This document shows, one piece after another, positions 45,534-54,457 of a stretch of DNA of 60,616 nt. The notes under the pieces are model-generated. The model saw nothing but the letters and a program-made list of their open reading frames with translations, searched no databases and was not told the origin of the DNA. Source of the DNA: an uncultured Anaerolineaceae bacterium. GTDB lineage: Bacteria > Chloroflexota > Anaerolineae > Anaerolineales > Anaerolineaceae. The position numbers were made by a program, and so were the translations under genes. Each line of letters starts with the position of its first letter. The stretch's first letter is position 1. Where the stretch lies: assembly GCA_964426355.1 (NCBI GenBank), contig CAYRRA010000001.1:1-60616 (forward strand). The letters are read 5' to 3'.

Positions 45534-46965
45534 CACTTTGAGCATCGCGTAAAATCAGACCCCGTACCACCGGGCGACTGCGCAGCCACAACCAGAAAAC
45601 CTGTGCAGCATACGAAATCACCATGGCGAAAGCCCCCACGTAAACGCCAGTGATACGCCCATGCAAAACCCCCAAAATGATGATCAACACCTCTACAAAA
45701 AGAGAAATAACGATCGATTCACTTAAAAATCGTGTTTTTCGACCATGTACAATTAATCCTTGGTACCAACACTGTAAAACGCATGTACCAGAACTGACCA
45801 TCATAATCCAAAGAGTGTGATTAGCGATTTGAACAAGGTTCGGGGCAAGCGAAGAAATCTTTGTGAACCAGAATAAGGAAATTGGCGTCACTAAGAATGC
45901 AAAGGAAAGGGACAAAGAACCGAGAAATAACAACACGGTGAAACGACGCAACTTTTCCACCGAATTTGACCGATCCAGCAGTGCCACTACCACCTCATTG
46001 AGAGCAACACCCGGGCTTTGCAACAGCCAGGATAAACCAGATACCACGGGGTAAACTGCGAGTGATTCCAGCGCCAGCGGCATGCGGCTTAACCCTGCAC
46101 TGTTAATGAATTGGAATGAAAACCCGATGATCGTTGTTAAAGATAGGGGTACATAAAACCGTATCAATTCACCCCAGCTCAGTTGAGAATGAACGGGTTC
46201 GTTCCGCACCTGGTATTTTAAAATGGGGCGAACACGAAGGCTGGCATAAATTGTTTCCAACATCATACCAATCAACTGTGCACCAGTAGCTACCACAATG
46301 CCAGGCAGCCTTCCATCCCAAAAACCAATCAGCATCAGCAGTACCTCGCTGGCAAGACGCAGAAATGTGCAAGCTGTTACCCCTCCTGCCTGACCAAAAC
46401 GAATCATCACCCCCTGCTGTAGCCTCCGGTAACCGATTAGCCAGGGAAAAGGCAATAAGATCATTAAACCGAGCCTTCCTGGTTCGATGATCTCTTGTGG
46501 AGCGCCAATCAACTGCTGGGCGACCCAGTAATAAATGGGTGAAAAAGCAACGATCAGGTAAATCAGCGTGATTGAAAGCCCCAGCAGCATCATAAATTTG
46601 CGTAACCGCTGGTAAGCCTGCCAGTTCTTGGAAATAGCAGTGGAGGCAGATAACATCATGGAAATCGGAGAAGAAAGGATAAAGGCAATTGAAAAAGAAA
46701 TACCTCCGTACGCAGCAAGGTTAACCTCAGGGTTGGGCATTCGCGCCATGATTGCGCTGCTGAACACGCCCTCCAACGACATAATCGTCCAACTTAACGC
46801 CAGCGGATACCAGGTACGCGAAATTATCCCCAATGTCAGGTCTCCTGCGGGGCTGCCAGCAGGTGCCGTTTTTTGCGGAAGTTGACGCAACCGTCGCCAC
46901 AAACCGGTCATTGAATGTTTCCTTCGGTACATGATCAGCTTGGCTAAATCCCACCCGTCTTCCAC
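45526..46965 (-). CDS. MOP-superfamily (MATE / polysaccharide flippase-like) membrane transporter
   Basis: Up to 479 aa with about 12 TM segments. The start is uncertain (M1, M12 or M19). It is convergent with the SDR gene, and their ends overlap by 8 nt. Confidence 0.65.
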   Translation of the reverse strand: MEDGWDLAKLIMYRRKHSMTGLWRRLRQLPQKTAPAGSPAGDLTLGIISRTWYPLALSWTIMSLEGVFSSAIMARMPNPEVNLAAYGGISFSIAFILSSPISMMLSASTAISKNWQAYQRLRKFMMLLGLSITLIYLIVAFSPIYYWVAQQLIGAPQEIIEPGRLGLMILLPFPWLIGYRRLQQGVMIRFGQAGGVTACTFLRLASEVLLMLIGFWDGRLPGIVVATGAQLIGMMLETIYASLRVRPILKYQVRNEPVHSQLSWGELIRFYVPLSLTTIIGFSFQFINSAGLSRMPLALESLAVYPVVSGLSWLLQSPGVALNEVVVALLDRSNSVEKLRRFTVLLFLGSLSLSFAFLVTPISLFWFTKISSLAPNLVQIANHTLWIMMVSSGTCVLQCWYQGLIVHGRKTRFLSESIVISLFVEVLIIILGVLHGRITGVYVGAFAMVISYAAQVFWLWLRSRPVVRGLILRDAQSVI

Positions 46966-47066
46966 CAGGAATGTTGGTACAGGAGGGAGGAAACCTTTAT
47001 TTCGAAATCACGTGCTTCTATTTTGTTTACAGTATTAACAGAAATGCTTTGCAAAAGCAAACCAGG

Positions 47067-49271
47067 TCATGAAATGATTTCAAGATTGGCAAGCGATGCC
47101 AGCAGCCTTTTGAAACCGACGCTATCGAAATGAACATCGACCACTTCCTCGCCATCCTGAATCCGGCTTTCCAATACAAGACCCTGCCCCCAGGAGGGAT
47201 GATGAACATTCATATTGGCTGAAAAATGCGTCTCCAGGATAGGTGCAGCTGGTTTGCGTACCGAACGCGATTCCCAGCGGGTGGGCGCCTGGTATTCCTG
47301 CCTGTGCCAGCTATCCGATGTTGTGGGCATGGATCGGATTCCCTGCCGACGGAGCAGTTCATCAGGGATGTCCTTTAAGAAACGCGAAGGCATGCTGATG
47401 GCTGAAGAGCCGTAGGTATTGCGCTGTGTTGCCCTCACCAGGTGAAGCTGGTTTTTGGTGCGCGTGATGCCCACATACAACAGGCGGCGTTCCTCTGCCA
47501 TTTCCTCAGGGTCATCGGATTTCACCGAACGATTATGCGGTAAAAGCCCTTCATCCAGCCCGATGATGAACACCTGGTCAAATTCAAGTCCTTTGGCTGC
47601 GTGGAGTGTGAGCAAGGTAGGCGCATCCTGTTTCTCCGGCAGGGTATCCTGGTCGGAAACCAATGCCAGGTTTTCAAGAAACTCCACCATTCCTTGACCG
47701 CGCTCTTCAAATTCGACCGCAATGCGCAGAAACTCCTCCACGTTCCCCCAGCGGTCTTCCCCCTCATCACTCCCATCATCCAGGTAAGCACGGAAACCAA
47801 TATCCATCATAATCCGTTCGATCAATTCATGCAGCGGCAGGCGGTCTGCGTCGGCACGCCAACCGGCAAGCTGATGGGCAAAACTGGACAGGGCGGCAAT
47901 CTCACGCCCAGAGAACTGCTCCCAGTAGGGAGATGCTTCCATTTGATGACCCAGCTCAAGCAGGAAAACACCAGAGGATACCCCGGCAAGAGAAGCAATT
48001 TTTCTGAGGTGATTCTCCGTTTTGTCGCCAATCTTGCGGGAAGGCACGTTGATGATGCGCTCCAGGCTGATTGTATCCGAGGGGTTGTGCACCAGGCGCA
48101 GGTAAGCAATCAGGTCCTTGATCTCTCTCCGTCCGTAGAAACGTTGGGCACCCACCAGGCGGTAGGGTACACCGGCGCGCATAAAGGCATCCTCCAGCAG
48201 CCGCGACTGGGCGTTGGTGCGGTACATAATGGCAAAATCACCACCTTTTTTTCCGCGATTCATCTGGTTCTGTATGGTTTGTACCACATAGGCAGCTTCG
48301 TGATAGTCGTCAGGCGCCTCATACAGGACAATCTGTTCACCCATTCCGCGCTCGGTAAAGAGGTGCTTGGGGGTGCGGTTTCGGTTATGGTCGATCACTG
48401 CCCTGGCTGCATCCAACACAATCTGGCGGGATCGGTAATTTTGCTCCAGCAGGATTTTCTTACACTGCGGATAATCCTGTTCAAAACGCAGAACATTGCG
48501 ATAATCAGCGCCGCGCCAGCGGTAGATCGATTGATCTTCGTCACCCACCACAAACAGGTTATGATGGTAAGAGCTGATGTGCTTGAGTATCTGGTATTGC
48601 GCCACGTTCGTATCTTGAAACTCATCCACCAGGATGTGTTCAAAACGCCGGGCATACTGCTGTTTTACGGTAGATTCTTCGGCAAATAAGCGCGCGGTAC
48701 ATAACAGTAGATCGTCGAAATCCAGCGCATCGTTTGCGGTCAGCATCTTTTGGTATTGTTCATATACTCGTTTAACAATGGTATCGCGATAGGTTTGCTG
48801 AACATAGTCTTTGGGGAGAATCAACTGGTTCTTGGCGTTTGATATGGCAGAATGAATGCCGTTTGGTGTGTACAACTTCTCATCGATGTTGAGCTCGCGC
48901 AGGATATTCTTCACCAGCGTTACCTGGTCGTCGGCGTCATAAATGACGAAGTTGGGTGAAAAGAGCAAATGATCTGCTTCGCGGCGTAAAATGCGGGCAC
49001 AAATGGCGTGAAATGTGCCCACCCACAACCCATCTGCTGAGGTACCCAACAGCTCCTCCACGCGCCGAGCCATCTCGCGCGCGGCTTTATTGGTGAACGT
49101 AACAGCGCTGATACGGTAAGGCGCAACGTTCAGGTTGTGGATCAAATAAGCAATACGAAAGGTCAGGACGCGTGTTTTTCCTGAGCCAGGACCGGCAAGC
49201 ACCAATACCTGCCCCGGATCGGCAGTGATGGCAGCCTGTTGTTGTGGGTTAAGTTCTTTTAGAGGATCCAT
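47067..49271 (-). CDS. pcrA: ATP-dependent DNA helicase, UvrD/PcrA family
   Basis: I prefer the ATG at 49271 (MDPLKELNPQQQAAI); the track start 49526 would overlap the divergent kinase gene. Motifs present are GPGSGKTRVL, DEFQDTN and VGDEDQSIYRWRGA, plus a C-terminal Tudor-like tail. Confidence 0.92.
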   Translation of the reverse strand: MDPLKELNPQQQAAITADPGQVLVLAGPGSGKTRVLTFRIAYLIHNLNVAPYRISAVTFTNKAAREMARRVEELLGTSADGLWVGTFHAICARILRREADHLLFSPNFVIYDADDQVTLVKNILRELNIDEKLYTPNGIHSAISNAKNQLILPKDYVQQTYRDTIVKRVYEQYQKMLTANDALDFDDLLLCTARLFAEESTVKQQYARRFEHILVDEFQDTNVAQYQILKHISSYHHNLFVVGDEDQSIYRWRGADYRNVLRFEQDYPQCKKILLEQNYRSRQIVLDAARAVIDHNRNRTPKHLFTERGMGEQIVLYEAPDDYHEAAYVVQTIQNQMNRGKKGGDFAIMYRTNAQSRLLEDAFMRAGVPYRLVGAQRFYGRREIKDLIAYLRLVHNPSDTISLERIINVPSRKIGDKTENHLRKIASLAGVSSGVFLLELGHQMEASPYWEQFSGREIAALSSFAHQLAGWRADADRLPLHELIERIMMDIGFRAYLDDGSDEGEDRWGNVEEFLRIAVEFEERGQGMVEFLENLALVSDQDTLPEKQDAPTLLTLHAAKGLEFDQVFIIGLDEGLLPHNRSVKSDDPEEMAEERRLLYVGITRTKNQLHLVRATQRNTYGSSAISMPSRFLKDIPDELLRRQGIRSMPTTSDSWHRQEYQAPTRWESRSVRKPAAPILETHFSANMNVHHPSWGQGLVLESRIQDGEEVVDVHFDSVGFKRLLASLANLEIIS

Positions 49272-49452
49272 ACGAGGTAGATTGTACCGTCTGGAATGGG
49301 GCATGTCAACGGAAGACCTGAAAACCTTTTTATGGTATATTAACACTGATTCAAGTAACCAATCTGATTGGGAAAAAAACGTCCTTTGGTTACACACAGC
49401 ATGGATACCTGGATGACCATAGTTCATCGTCAATTCATTCCCTGGAGGTTTT

Positions 49453-50097
49453 ATGTATTTTGCGGTTGAAGGTGTAATCGGTGTTGGTAAAACAACCCTG
49501 GCACGAATGCTACAAAAAAATTTCAATGCGGGGATGCTGTTGGAGGTCTTTGAAGAGAATCCTTTTCTGAGCGATTTTTATGAAAACCGTGAGCGATATG
49601 CCTTTCAGACTCAAATTTTTTTCCTGCTCAGCCGCTATCAACAGCAACGACACGGCGTAACCATGCTTTTAAACGAATATGAAACGTTAATCAGCGATTA
49701 CACTTTTGAAAAAGACGCATTATTTGCCCGGATCAACCTGAAGGGAGACGAACTGGATGTGTATTACCGCGTTCACCAGGCACTGGCAGAAAAAACAGTG
49801 AGCCCGGATTTGATTGTTTATTTGCGCGCCAATACCGAAGTGCTCATGCAGCGAATCGCCCAGCGTGATCGTCCTTTTGAACGACAAATGGATCGGGATT
49901 ACATACACTTACTCAACCAGGCGTATGATGAGTATTTTCTAAACGAGAAACAATCCTCCCCGGTACTGGTCATCGATACCAATCAACGTGATTTTGTCCG
50001 TTATGAAAATGATCTTGCCTATATTGAAATGCGTATCCGTCAGTCATTGCAGATGGCGCCCTTCCAACCAGAACTGCCCATTTCGGATCGCACATAA
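49453..50097 (+). CDS. deoxynucleoside kinase (dCK/dGK family)
   Basis: 214 aa with the P-loop EGVIGVGKTT, an ERY/DY substrate region and a DR lid motif (QRDRPFE). Confidence 0.88.
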   Translation: MYFAVEGVIGVGKTTLARMLQKNFNAGMLLEVFEENPFLSDFYENRERYAFQTQIFFLLSRYQQQRHGVTMLLNEYETLISDYTFEKDALFARINLKGDELDVYYRVHQALAEKTVSPDLIVYLRANTEVLMQRIAQRDRPFERQMDRDYIHLLNQAYDEYFLNEKQSSPVLVIDTNQRDFVRYENDLAYIEMRIRQSLQMAPFQPELPISDRT

Positions 50098-50168
50098 AGC
50101 AAGAGATAAAAAATGGCAGAATAGCCATCGGTCTTCCACACTGGTTCAAGAAAAAGGGAAAGAGATAA

Positions 50169-51173
50169 ATGAGGATCACCCGCGACTCACTAATCCAAAC
50201 CGCACGGCAGGTGGTTGCCCAACAGGTACGTAAAAACCGGCATTTAGTCAGCGTATACCTGACTGGTTCACTTCTTCATGATGAGCCTTTGCTGGGTAGA
50301 ACAACCGATATCGATCTTTTCTTTATCCATGATAGCGAACCGCCGATGGAACGTGAAGTCATCAGTATGTCAGATGAAGTTCATGTAGATATCGCTCACC
50401 TCTCGCAAAGCATCTTCCGTCAACCAAGAGAGTTGCGATCAGACCCCTGGATTGCACCTTTTTTGTGCGCCAACCCCATTTGCCTGCATGATACACAGCA
50501 TTGGTTTGAATTCACCCAGGCGAGTGTTTGTGCGCAGTATGGGCGGTCTGATTACATCTTACAACGCTCTCGCAGCCTGGCGGACGAAGCGCGTCAACTT
50601 TGGATGGATATCAAAACCGGCATGGTCGAAAGCCACAGCCAGCAGGTGAACCATTATTTAAAGGCGCTGGAACGTTCTGCCAATGCCATAGCTGTACTCA
50701 CCGATATTCCCTTGACCGAAAGACGGCTGTTACTGCAGTATCCCAGCCGGACTGCTGCAATTGGGCGAGAGGATTTATCCGCTGGATTTGTTGACCTGAT
50801 TATTCAGCAGGCAATTCCTCAAGATACATGGGAAACCTGGTTAGAGCAGTGGGAAGCTGCCTTTATTGCAGCCGGAAGCATTGAAAACCCTCCGGCACGG
50901 CTGCATCCCTGCCGGGTGATTTATTACAAGAGTGCAGCCCAGGTAATGCGGGAAGATTCTCCGCCTGCTGCCCTCTGGTCGATTCTTCGCACATGGACTG
51001 CCGCCGTAGCCGCACTGCCTGAAAAAAACGTCCATCAAGAGGCATGGAACACTGCTTTAGAGTTTCTCGGCTTGGATATCCACCCCTCTGGGGTATCCAT
51101 CCGCGCATTGGATAGTTACCTGGACAATATTGAAGAAACGATTGATCTTTGGGCGCAAAAGATGGGTCAGTGA
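50169..51173 (+). CDS. hypothetical protein with Pol-beta-type nucleotidyltransferase-like N-terminus
   Basis: 334 aa. The segment TGSLLHDEPLLGRTTDIDLFFI fits the G-S ... D-x-D minimal NTase pattern. The rest of the protein is helical. Confidence 0.5.
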   Translation: MRITRDSLIQTARQVVAQQVRKNRHLVSVYLTGSLLHDEPLLGRTTDIDLFFIHDSEPPMEREVISMSDEVHVDIAHLSQSIFRQPRELRSDPWIAPFLCANPICLHDTQHWFEFTQASVCAQYGRSDYILQRSRSLADEARQLWMDIKTGMVESHSQQVNHYLKALERSANAIAVLTDIPLTERRLLLQYPSRTAAIGREDLSAGFVDLIIQQAIPQDTWETWLEQWEAAFIAAGSIENPPARLHPCRVIYYKSAAQVMREDSPPAALWSILRTWTAAVAALPEKNVHQEAWNTALEFLGLDIHPSGVSIRALDSYLDNIEETIDLWAQKMGQ

Positions 51174-51189
51174 TTAATGCACTTAAAAC

Positions 51190-51506
51190 TGTGGAAAAAC
51201 CTCATATAATTGTGGAAAACCAGGAAAAAGTGTGGAGAAATACCTTAATTCTGTGTACTCAACAAAAAATTAGCGTAATTTAATCCCCCCATATCTGGGG
51301 AGAATCCCAGGCAGATAGACATATATGCAAGGGGGTAAAAAAGAGTTCTTTTTTTGCTAATTAATCCCCGACTTTTGCCAGGTTATCCACAAACCGATTC
51401 GGGAAAACTTTTATCCCAAAAACTTGAAGATGTGGGGGCAAAAAAAGCGCCAGTGCCAGATATAGGGCTATTTTTTGTCCCAAAAAGCCTTATCCACATT
51501 TCCACA
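51190..51506. promoter_or_regulatory. DnaA-box cluster 2 (candidate oriC element or DnaA titration/regulatory site)
   Basis: Reverse-orientation boxes: TGTGGAAAA at 51190-51198 and 51211-51219, and TGTGGAGAA at 51231-51239, with starts 21 and 20 bp apart. Perfect boxes: TTATCCACA at 51383-51391 and 51490-51498. Weaker boxes: ATTTCCACA at 51498-51506 and TTATCCCAA at 51411-51419. All lie within a 529-bp spacer with AT-rich flanks. Confidence 0.6.
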
Positions 51507-51616
51507 GACTCTACTACGATTACGATTCAATTCTCCTTAATTAATATGGGGAAAGATGATTCATTAATGACTCTGCGGAAACTTTTTTTCACTGTTTGAA
51601 GTCTTTTCAGGGGGTA

Positions 51617-51645
51617 TTGCAATTGAATATTAAATCTATTACAAT
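51617..51645 (+). promoter_or_regulatory. sigma-70-type promoter of spoVS
   Basis: TTGCAA (51617-51622), a 17-nt spacer, then TACAAT (51640-51645). GGGAGAG lies upstream of the ATG. Confidence 0.5.
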
Positions 51646-51702
51646 CTTAAAAACATGTAATTAACCCCGTATTGTCAGAATTTAAGAATTGGGAGAGACA
51701 AG

Positions 51703-51963
51703 ATGGAAATCATAAAAGTTAAAGCGAACTCCCGCACTGCAGCTGTGGCGGGGGCAATTGCCGGGGTAATCCGAGAGCATAAACATGCTGAGGTTCAGGC
51801 AATTGGTGCCGGTGCTGTCAACCAGGCAGTGAAGGCGATGGTGCTTGCAAAAGGGTATCTTGAGGAGGAAGATATTTTCATTGCAGCCGTCCCGGAATTT
51901 GTCGATGTTGAGATCGATGGGAAAGTACGCACAGCGGTTAAGCTGGTGATTGAACCTAAATAA
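51703..51963 (+). CDS. spoVS: stage V sporulation protein S family protein
   Basis: 86 aa with full-length resemblance to SpoVS (MEIIKVKANSRTAAVAGAIAGVIREHKHAEVQAIGAGAVNQAVKA...). Confidence 0.9.
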   Translation: MEIIKVKANSRTAAVAGAIAGVIREHKHAEVQAIGAGAVNQAVKAMVLAKGYLEEEDIFIAAVPEFVDVEIDGKVRTAVKLVIEPK

Positions 51964-51988
51964 CCCTGTTCGTGCTTCCGGTTACTGA

Positions 51989-52030
51989 GAGGAAAGAGAC
52001 CATTGTGTCAACACAATGGTCTCTTTCCTC
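51989..52030. terminator. bidirectional terminator hairpin between spoVS and the convergent kinase gene
   Basis: A perfect 19-bp stem GAGGAAAGAGACCATTGTG / CACAATGGTCTCTTTCCTC with the loop TCAA, followed by CTTTAT on the plus strand. Confidence 0.7.
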
Positions 52031-52068
52031 TTTATGAAAAATATCCGTGATGAATCAATACAAAAAAA

Positions 52069-52725
52069 TCAGAGACTCATGATTTCACCAGGATCAAAGA
52101 CAACATCTTCTTTCCCAGACAACTTTTCTTGCACTTTTGAGAGAATTAAATCCAGGTGAGGTGGATGTGCTACGTAATCGAGATCGTCTGCCGGAATAAT
52201 GAGCTTGGGACAAAGGGTAAAATGATCAATCCACTCTTCGTAAAGATGGTTCAGGTGTTCAAGGTATGTCGGGCTGATTGATTTCTCGTAATCACGGCTG
52301 CGTTTGGAGATTCTTTTACTCAGCGTACCCACGGACGCACGTAAATAGATGACTAGGTCGGGTACTGTAAGAGATTTACATAAGGTGTGATAAAGCGTTT
52401 GATAGGTCTGGTAATCTCGCTCCTGGAAATACCCCTGTAGATATAGGTTACGGGCAAAAATTTCTGCATCCTCGTAAATACTGCGGTCCTGTATGGTGGA
52501 TTGCGGGGTGAAGGACAAATCCTGATGGATACGCAGACGGTGGATGAGGAAAAAAATCTGTGAATGAAAGCTCCATCCAGACATGTCCTGATAAAAATCA
52601 GAAAGATACGGATTTTGTGCCTCTGGTTCGTAAAAAGGATCCCACCCCAGTTTTTCGCTGAGCAGTTTTACCAAAGTGGATTTACCAACACCGATATTCC
52701 CTGCTACGGTGATAAACTTTTTCAT
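52069..52725 (-). CDS. deoxynucleoside kinase (dCK/dGK family), second paralog
   Basis: 218 aa with the P-loop AGNIGVGKST, QDRSIYED, and a lid region (KRSRDYE). Confidence 0.88.
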   Translation of the reverse strand: MKKFITVAGNIGVGKSTLVKLLSEKLGWDPFYEPEAQNPYLSDFYQDMSGWSFHSQIFFLIHRLRIHQDLSFTPQSTIQDRSIYEDAEIFARNLYLQGYFQERDYQTYQTLYHTLCKSLTVPDLVIYLRASVGTLSKRISKRSRDYEKSISPTYLEHLNHLYEEWIDHFTLCPKLIIPADDLDYVAHPPHLDLILSKVQEKLSGKEDVVFDPGEIMSL

Positions 52726-52836
52726 TTTGTCCTACGGTTTCTGTATTTATGAGAAGATCTATTAAATCACTCACCCCCTTCAGGATGAAATCACTCGAAG
52801 GGGGAAGTTGTTTGTGATATTTTTCTTTGTCTGAGA

Positions 52837-53013
52837 TTAACTGACTTTTGAAATGGCTTCAACCGGGCAAACTTCTGCGCACAGACCATGATCCTTGCAT
52901 TTTTCGGGATCGATCCACATGGCGCCATCCACCTCGGAAATTGCCTGTTCTGGACATTCTGCTTCGCAAGCGCCGCATAAAATGCATTCATCAGGGTTGA
53001 TTTTATAGGTCAT
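52837..53013 (-). CDS. 4Fe-4S dicluster ferredoxin (58 aa)
   Basis: Below the ORF-track length cutoff. My translation is MTYKINPDECILCGACEAECPEQAISEVDGAMWIDPEKCKDHGLCAEVCPVEAISKVS. It has one CxxCxxCxxxCP motif and a second cluster motif CxxxxxCxxxCP. Track ORF 52791..52991 is a shadow frame of it. Confidence 0.85.
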   Translation of the reverse strand: MTYKINPDECILCGACEAECPEQAISEVDGAMWIDPEKCKDHGLCAEVCPVEAISKVS

Positions 53014-53236
53014 CGTTTAGACTCCTTAAGAATGGGTAAGCTAAATACTATTATAGCCAAAGAATAACACATGTTGAGGCACTCTGTCAACTTTGAAAAA
53101 TTTGCAAATGTCACAAAATTGTATATAAAAAATCATATTTGGTTTTTGCCCTGTTGAGTTGATTAGATGTATTGCACTGTATAATGAAATGAGAAGTTAA
53201 ATAAATGATATGTGAAGTTAGCGAAAGGAGGTTATT

Positions 53237-54457
53237 GTGAATATCGCATTGCTTCACTATGCAGCACCGCCAGTTGTGGGCGGTGTCGAAACCGTTATTG
53301 CCAGGCAAGCACATCAATTCATTAACGCGGGTCATCAGGTGACTGTGATAACGGGCAGGGGTGAACAATGGGATGCAAATATTCCGGTGAGGGTCTTACC
53401 GTTGTTGGATTCACTTCATCCTAAGATTCTGTCCTTCAAAGGTGAACTGGATAAAGGCATAATCCCCGACGATTTCAACGAAATCGTTGATCAAATTGAA
53501 AGCGTCCTGAAAGAGTTTTTGTCTCATTCCGATTTTGCTATCGTGCATAACGTGGCTTCATTGCATAAAAACCTGGCATTCACTGCGGCTGTTCACAGTC
53601 TCTCACAGGCTGCCGGTTCACCCAAGTTCATACTCTGGCATCACGACCTGGCGTGGACAGCGGAACGTTACCGCCAGGAACTACACCCGGGTTATCCATG
53701 GGATTTGCTGCGTATCCCCTTTCCTGGTGTCCGGCAGGTGACCATATCGGAAGCCCGCAGGCACGAACTGGCGGATTTGATGAAAATTCCTCCAGAGAAA
53801 ATCTCGGTCATTCCAGGCGGAGTGGATTTGGAAAAATTTTTGGGAATCCATCCGATCTGCAAAACGCTGCTTAATGATTTTCCGTTGATTTTTTCAAACC
53901 CGATCTTGCTGGTTCCTGTGCTCATCACCCGGCGGAAAAACCTGGAGCTTGCTTTGCACACGCTGTTTGCCTTGCGCAAGAAAATGAGTGAGGCTGTACT
54001 GATTATCACTGGTCCATCTGGTGCGCATAACCCTGACAATCAACTGTATTTAAGCGAATTGAAAAAATTGCAGAAAAAGCTGCAATTGGAGGATTCTCTT
54101 TTTTTGATGGCAGAAAAAGCACCGGATGGGTTGGATGATGTTTGTGTTGCTGACCTTTATCGGATTGCAGATGTGTTGTTTTTACCCAGCCGTGAAGAAG
54201 GTTTTGGTATCCCAATCCTGGAAGCGGGGCTTTCCCGTATGCCGGTTTTTTGCAGCGATATTCCGCAATTAAAAGCGCTCGGTGGGGAAAATGCAATTTA
54301 CTTCTCGCCGGATGATCAGCCGGATTATATTGCAGGGTTGATTGTCAACCACCTGTCCCGTGACAAAGCCTATCAACTCCGGATAAAGGTGCGCCGGGAT
54401 TTTACCTGGAACGCAATTTATCAAAAGCAAATTAGGGCTTTACTGGAGGAAAAATGA
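53237..54457 (+). CDS. GT4-family glycosyltransferase (possibly mannosylglucosyl-3-phosphoglycerate synthase-like)
   Basis: 406 aa with a GTG start 5 nt after AAAGGAGG. It has the GT-B fold with the E-x7-E region (REEGFGIPILEAG). The specific function is inferred only from the operon context. Confidence 0.75.
   Translation: MNIALLHYAAPPVVGGVETVIARQAHQFINAGHQVTVITGRGEQWDANIPVRVLPLLDSLHPKILSFKGELDKGIIPDDFNEIVDQIESVLKEFLSHSDFAIVHNVASLHKNLAFTAAVHSLSQAAGSPKFILWHHDLAWTAERYRQELHPGYPWDLLRIPFPGVRQVTISEARRHELADLMKIPPEKISVIPGGVDLEKFLGIHPICKTLLNDFPLIFSNPILLVPVLITRRKNLELALHTLFALRKKMSEAVLIITGPSGAHNPDNQLYLSELKKLQKKLQLEDSLFLMAEKAPDGLDDVCVADLYRIADVLFLPSREEGFGIPILEAGLSRMPVFCSDIPQLKALGGENAIYFSPDDQPDYIAGLIVNHLSRDKAYQLRIKVRRDFTWNAIYQKQIRALLEEK

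Noticed and set aside
47067-49271. The UvrD-family helicase considered as part of a defence system (for example Gabija GajB-like), and the window as a whole considered as a defence or mobile island.
   Set aside because: There is no adjacent OLD/ATPase-nuclease partner. The helicase has the full housekeeping PcrA/UvrD motif set and C-terminal tail. No integrase, transposase, toxin-antitoxin, restriction or cas genes are visible anywhere in the window.
52791-52991. 66-aa ORF from the ORF track.
   Set aside because: It is a +1 shadow frame of the 58-aa ferredoxin gene (52837..53013), which has the full cysteine pattern.
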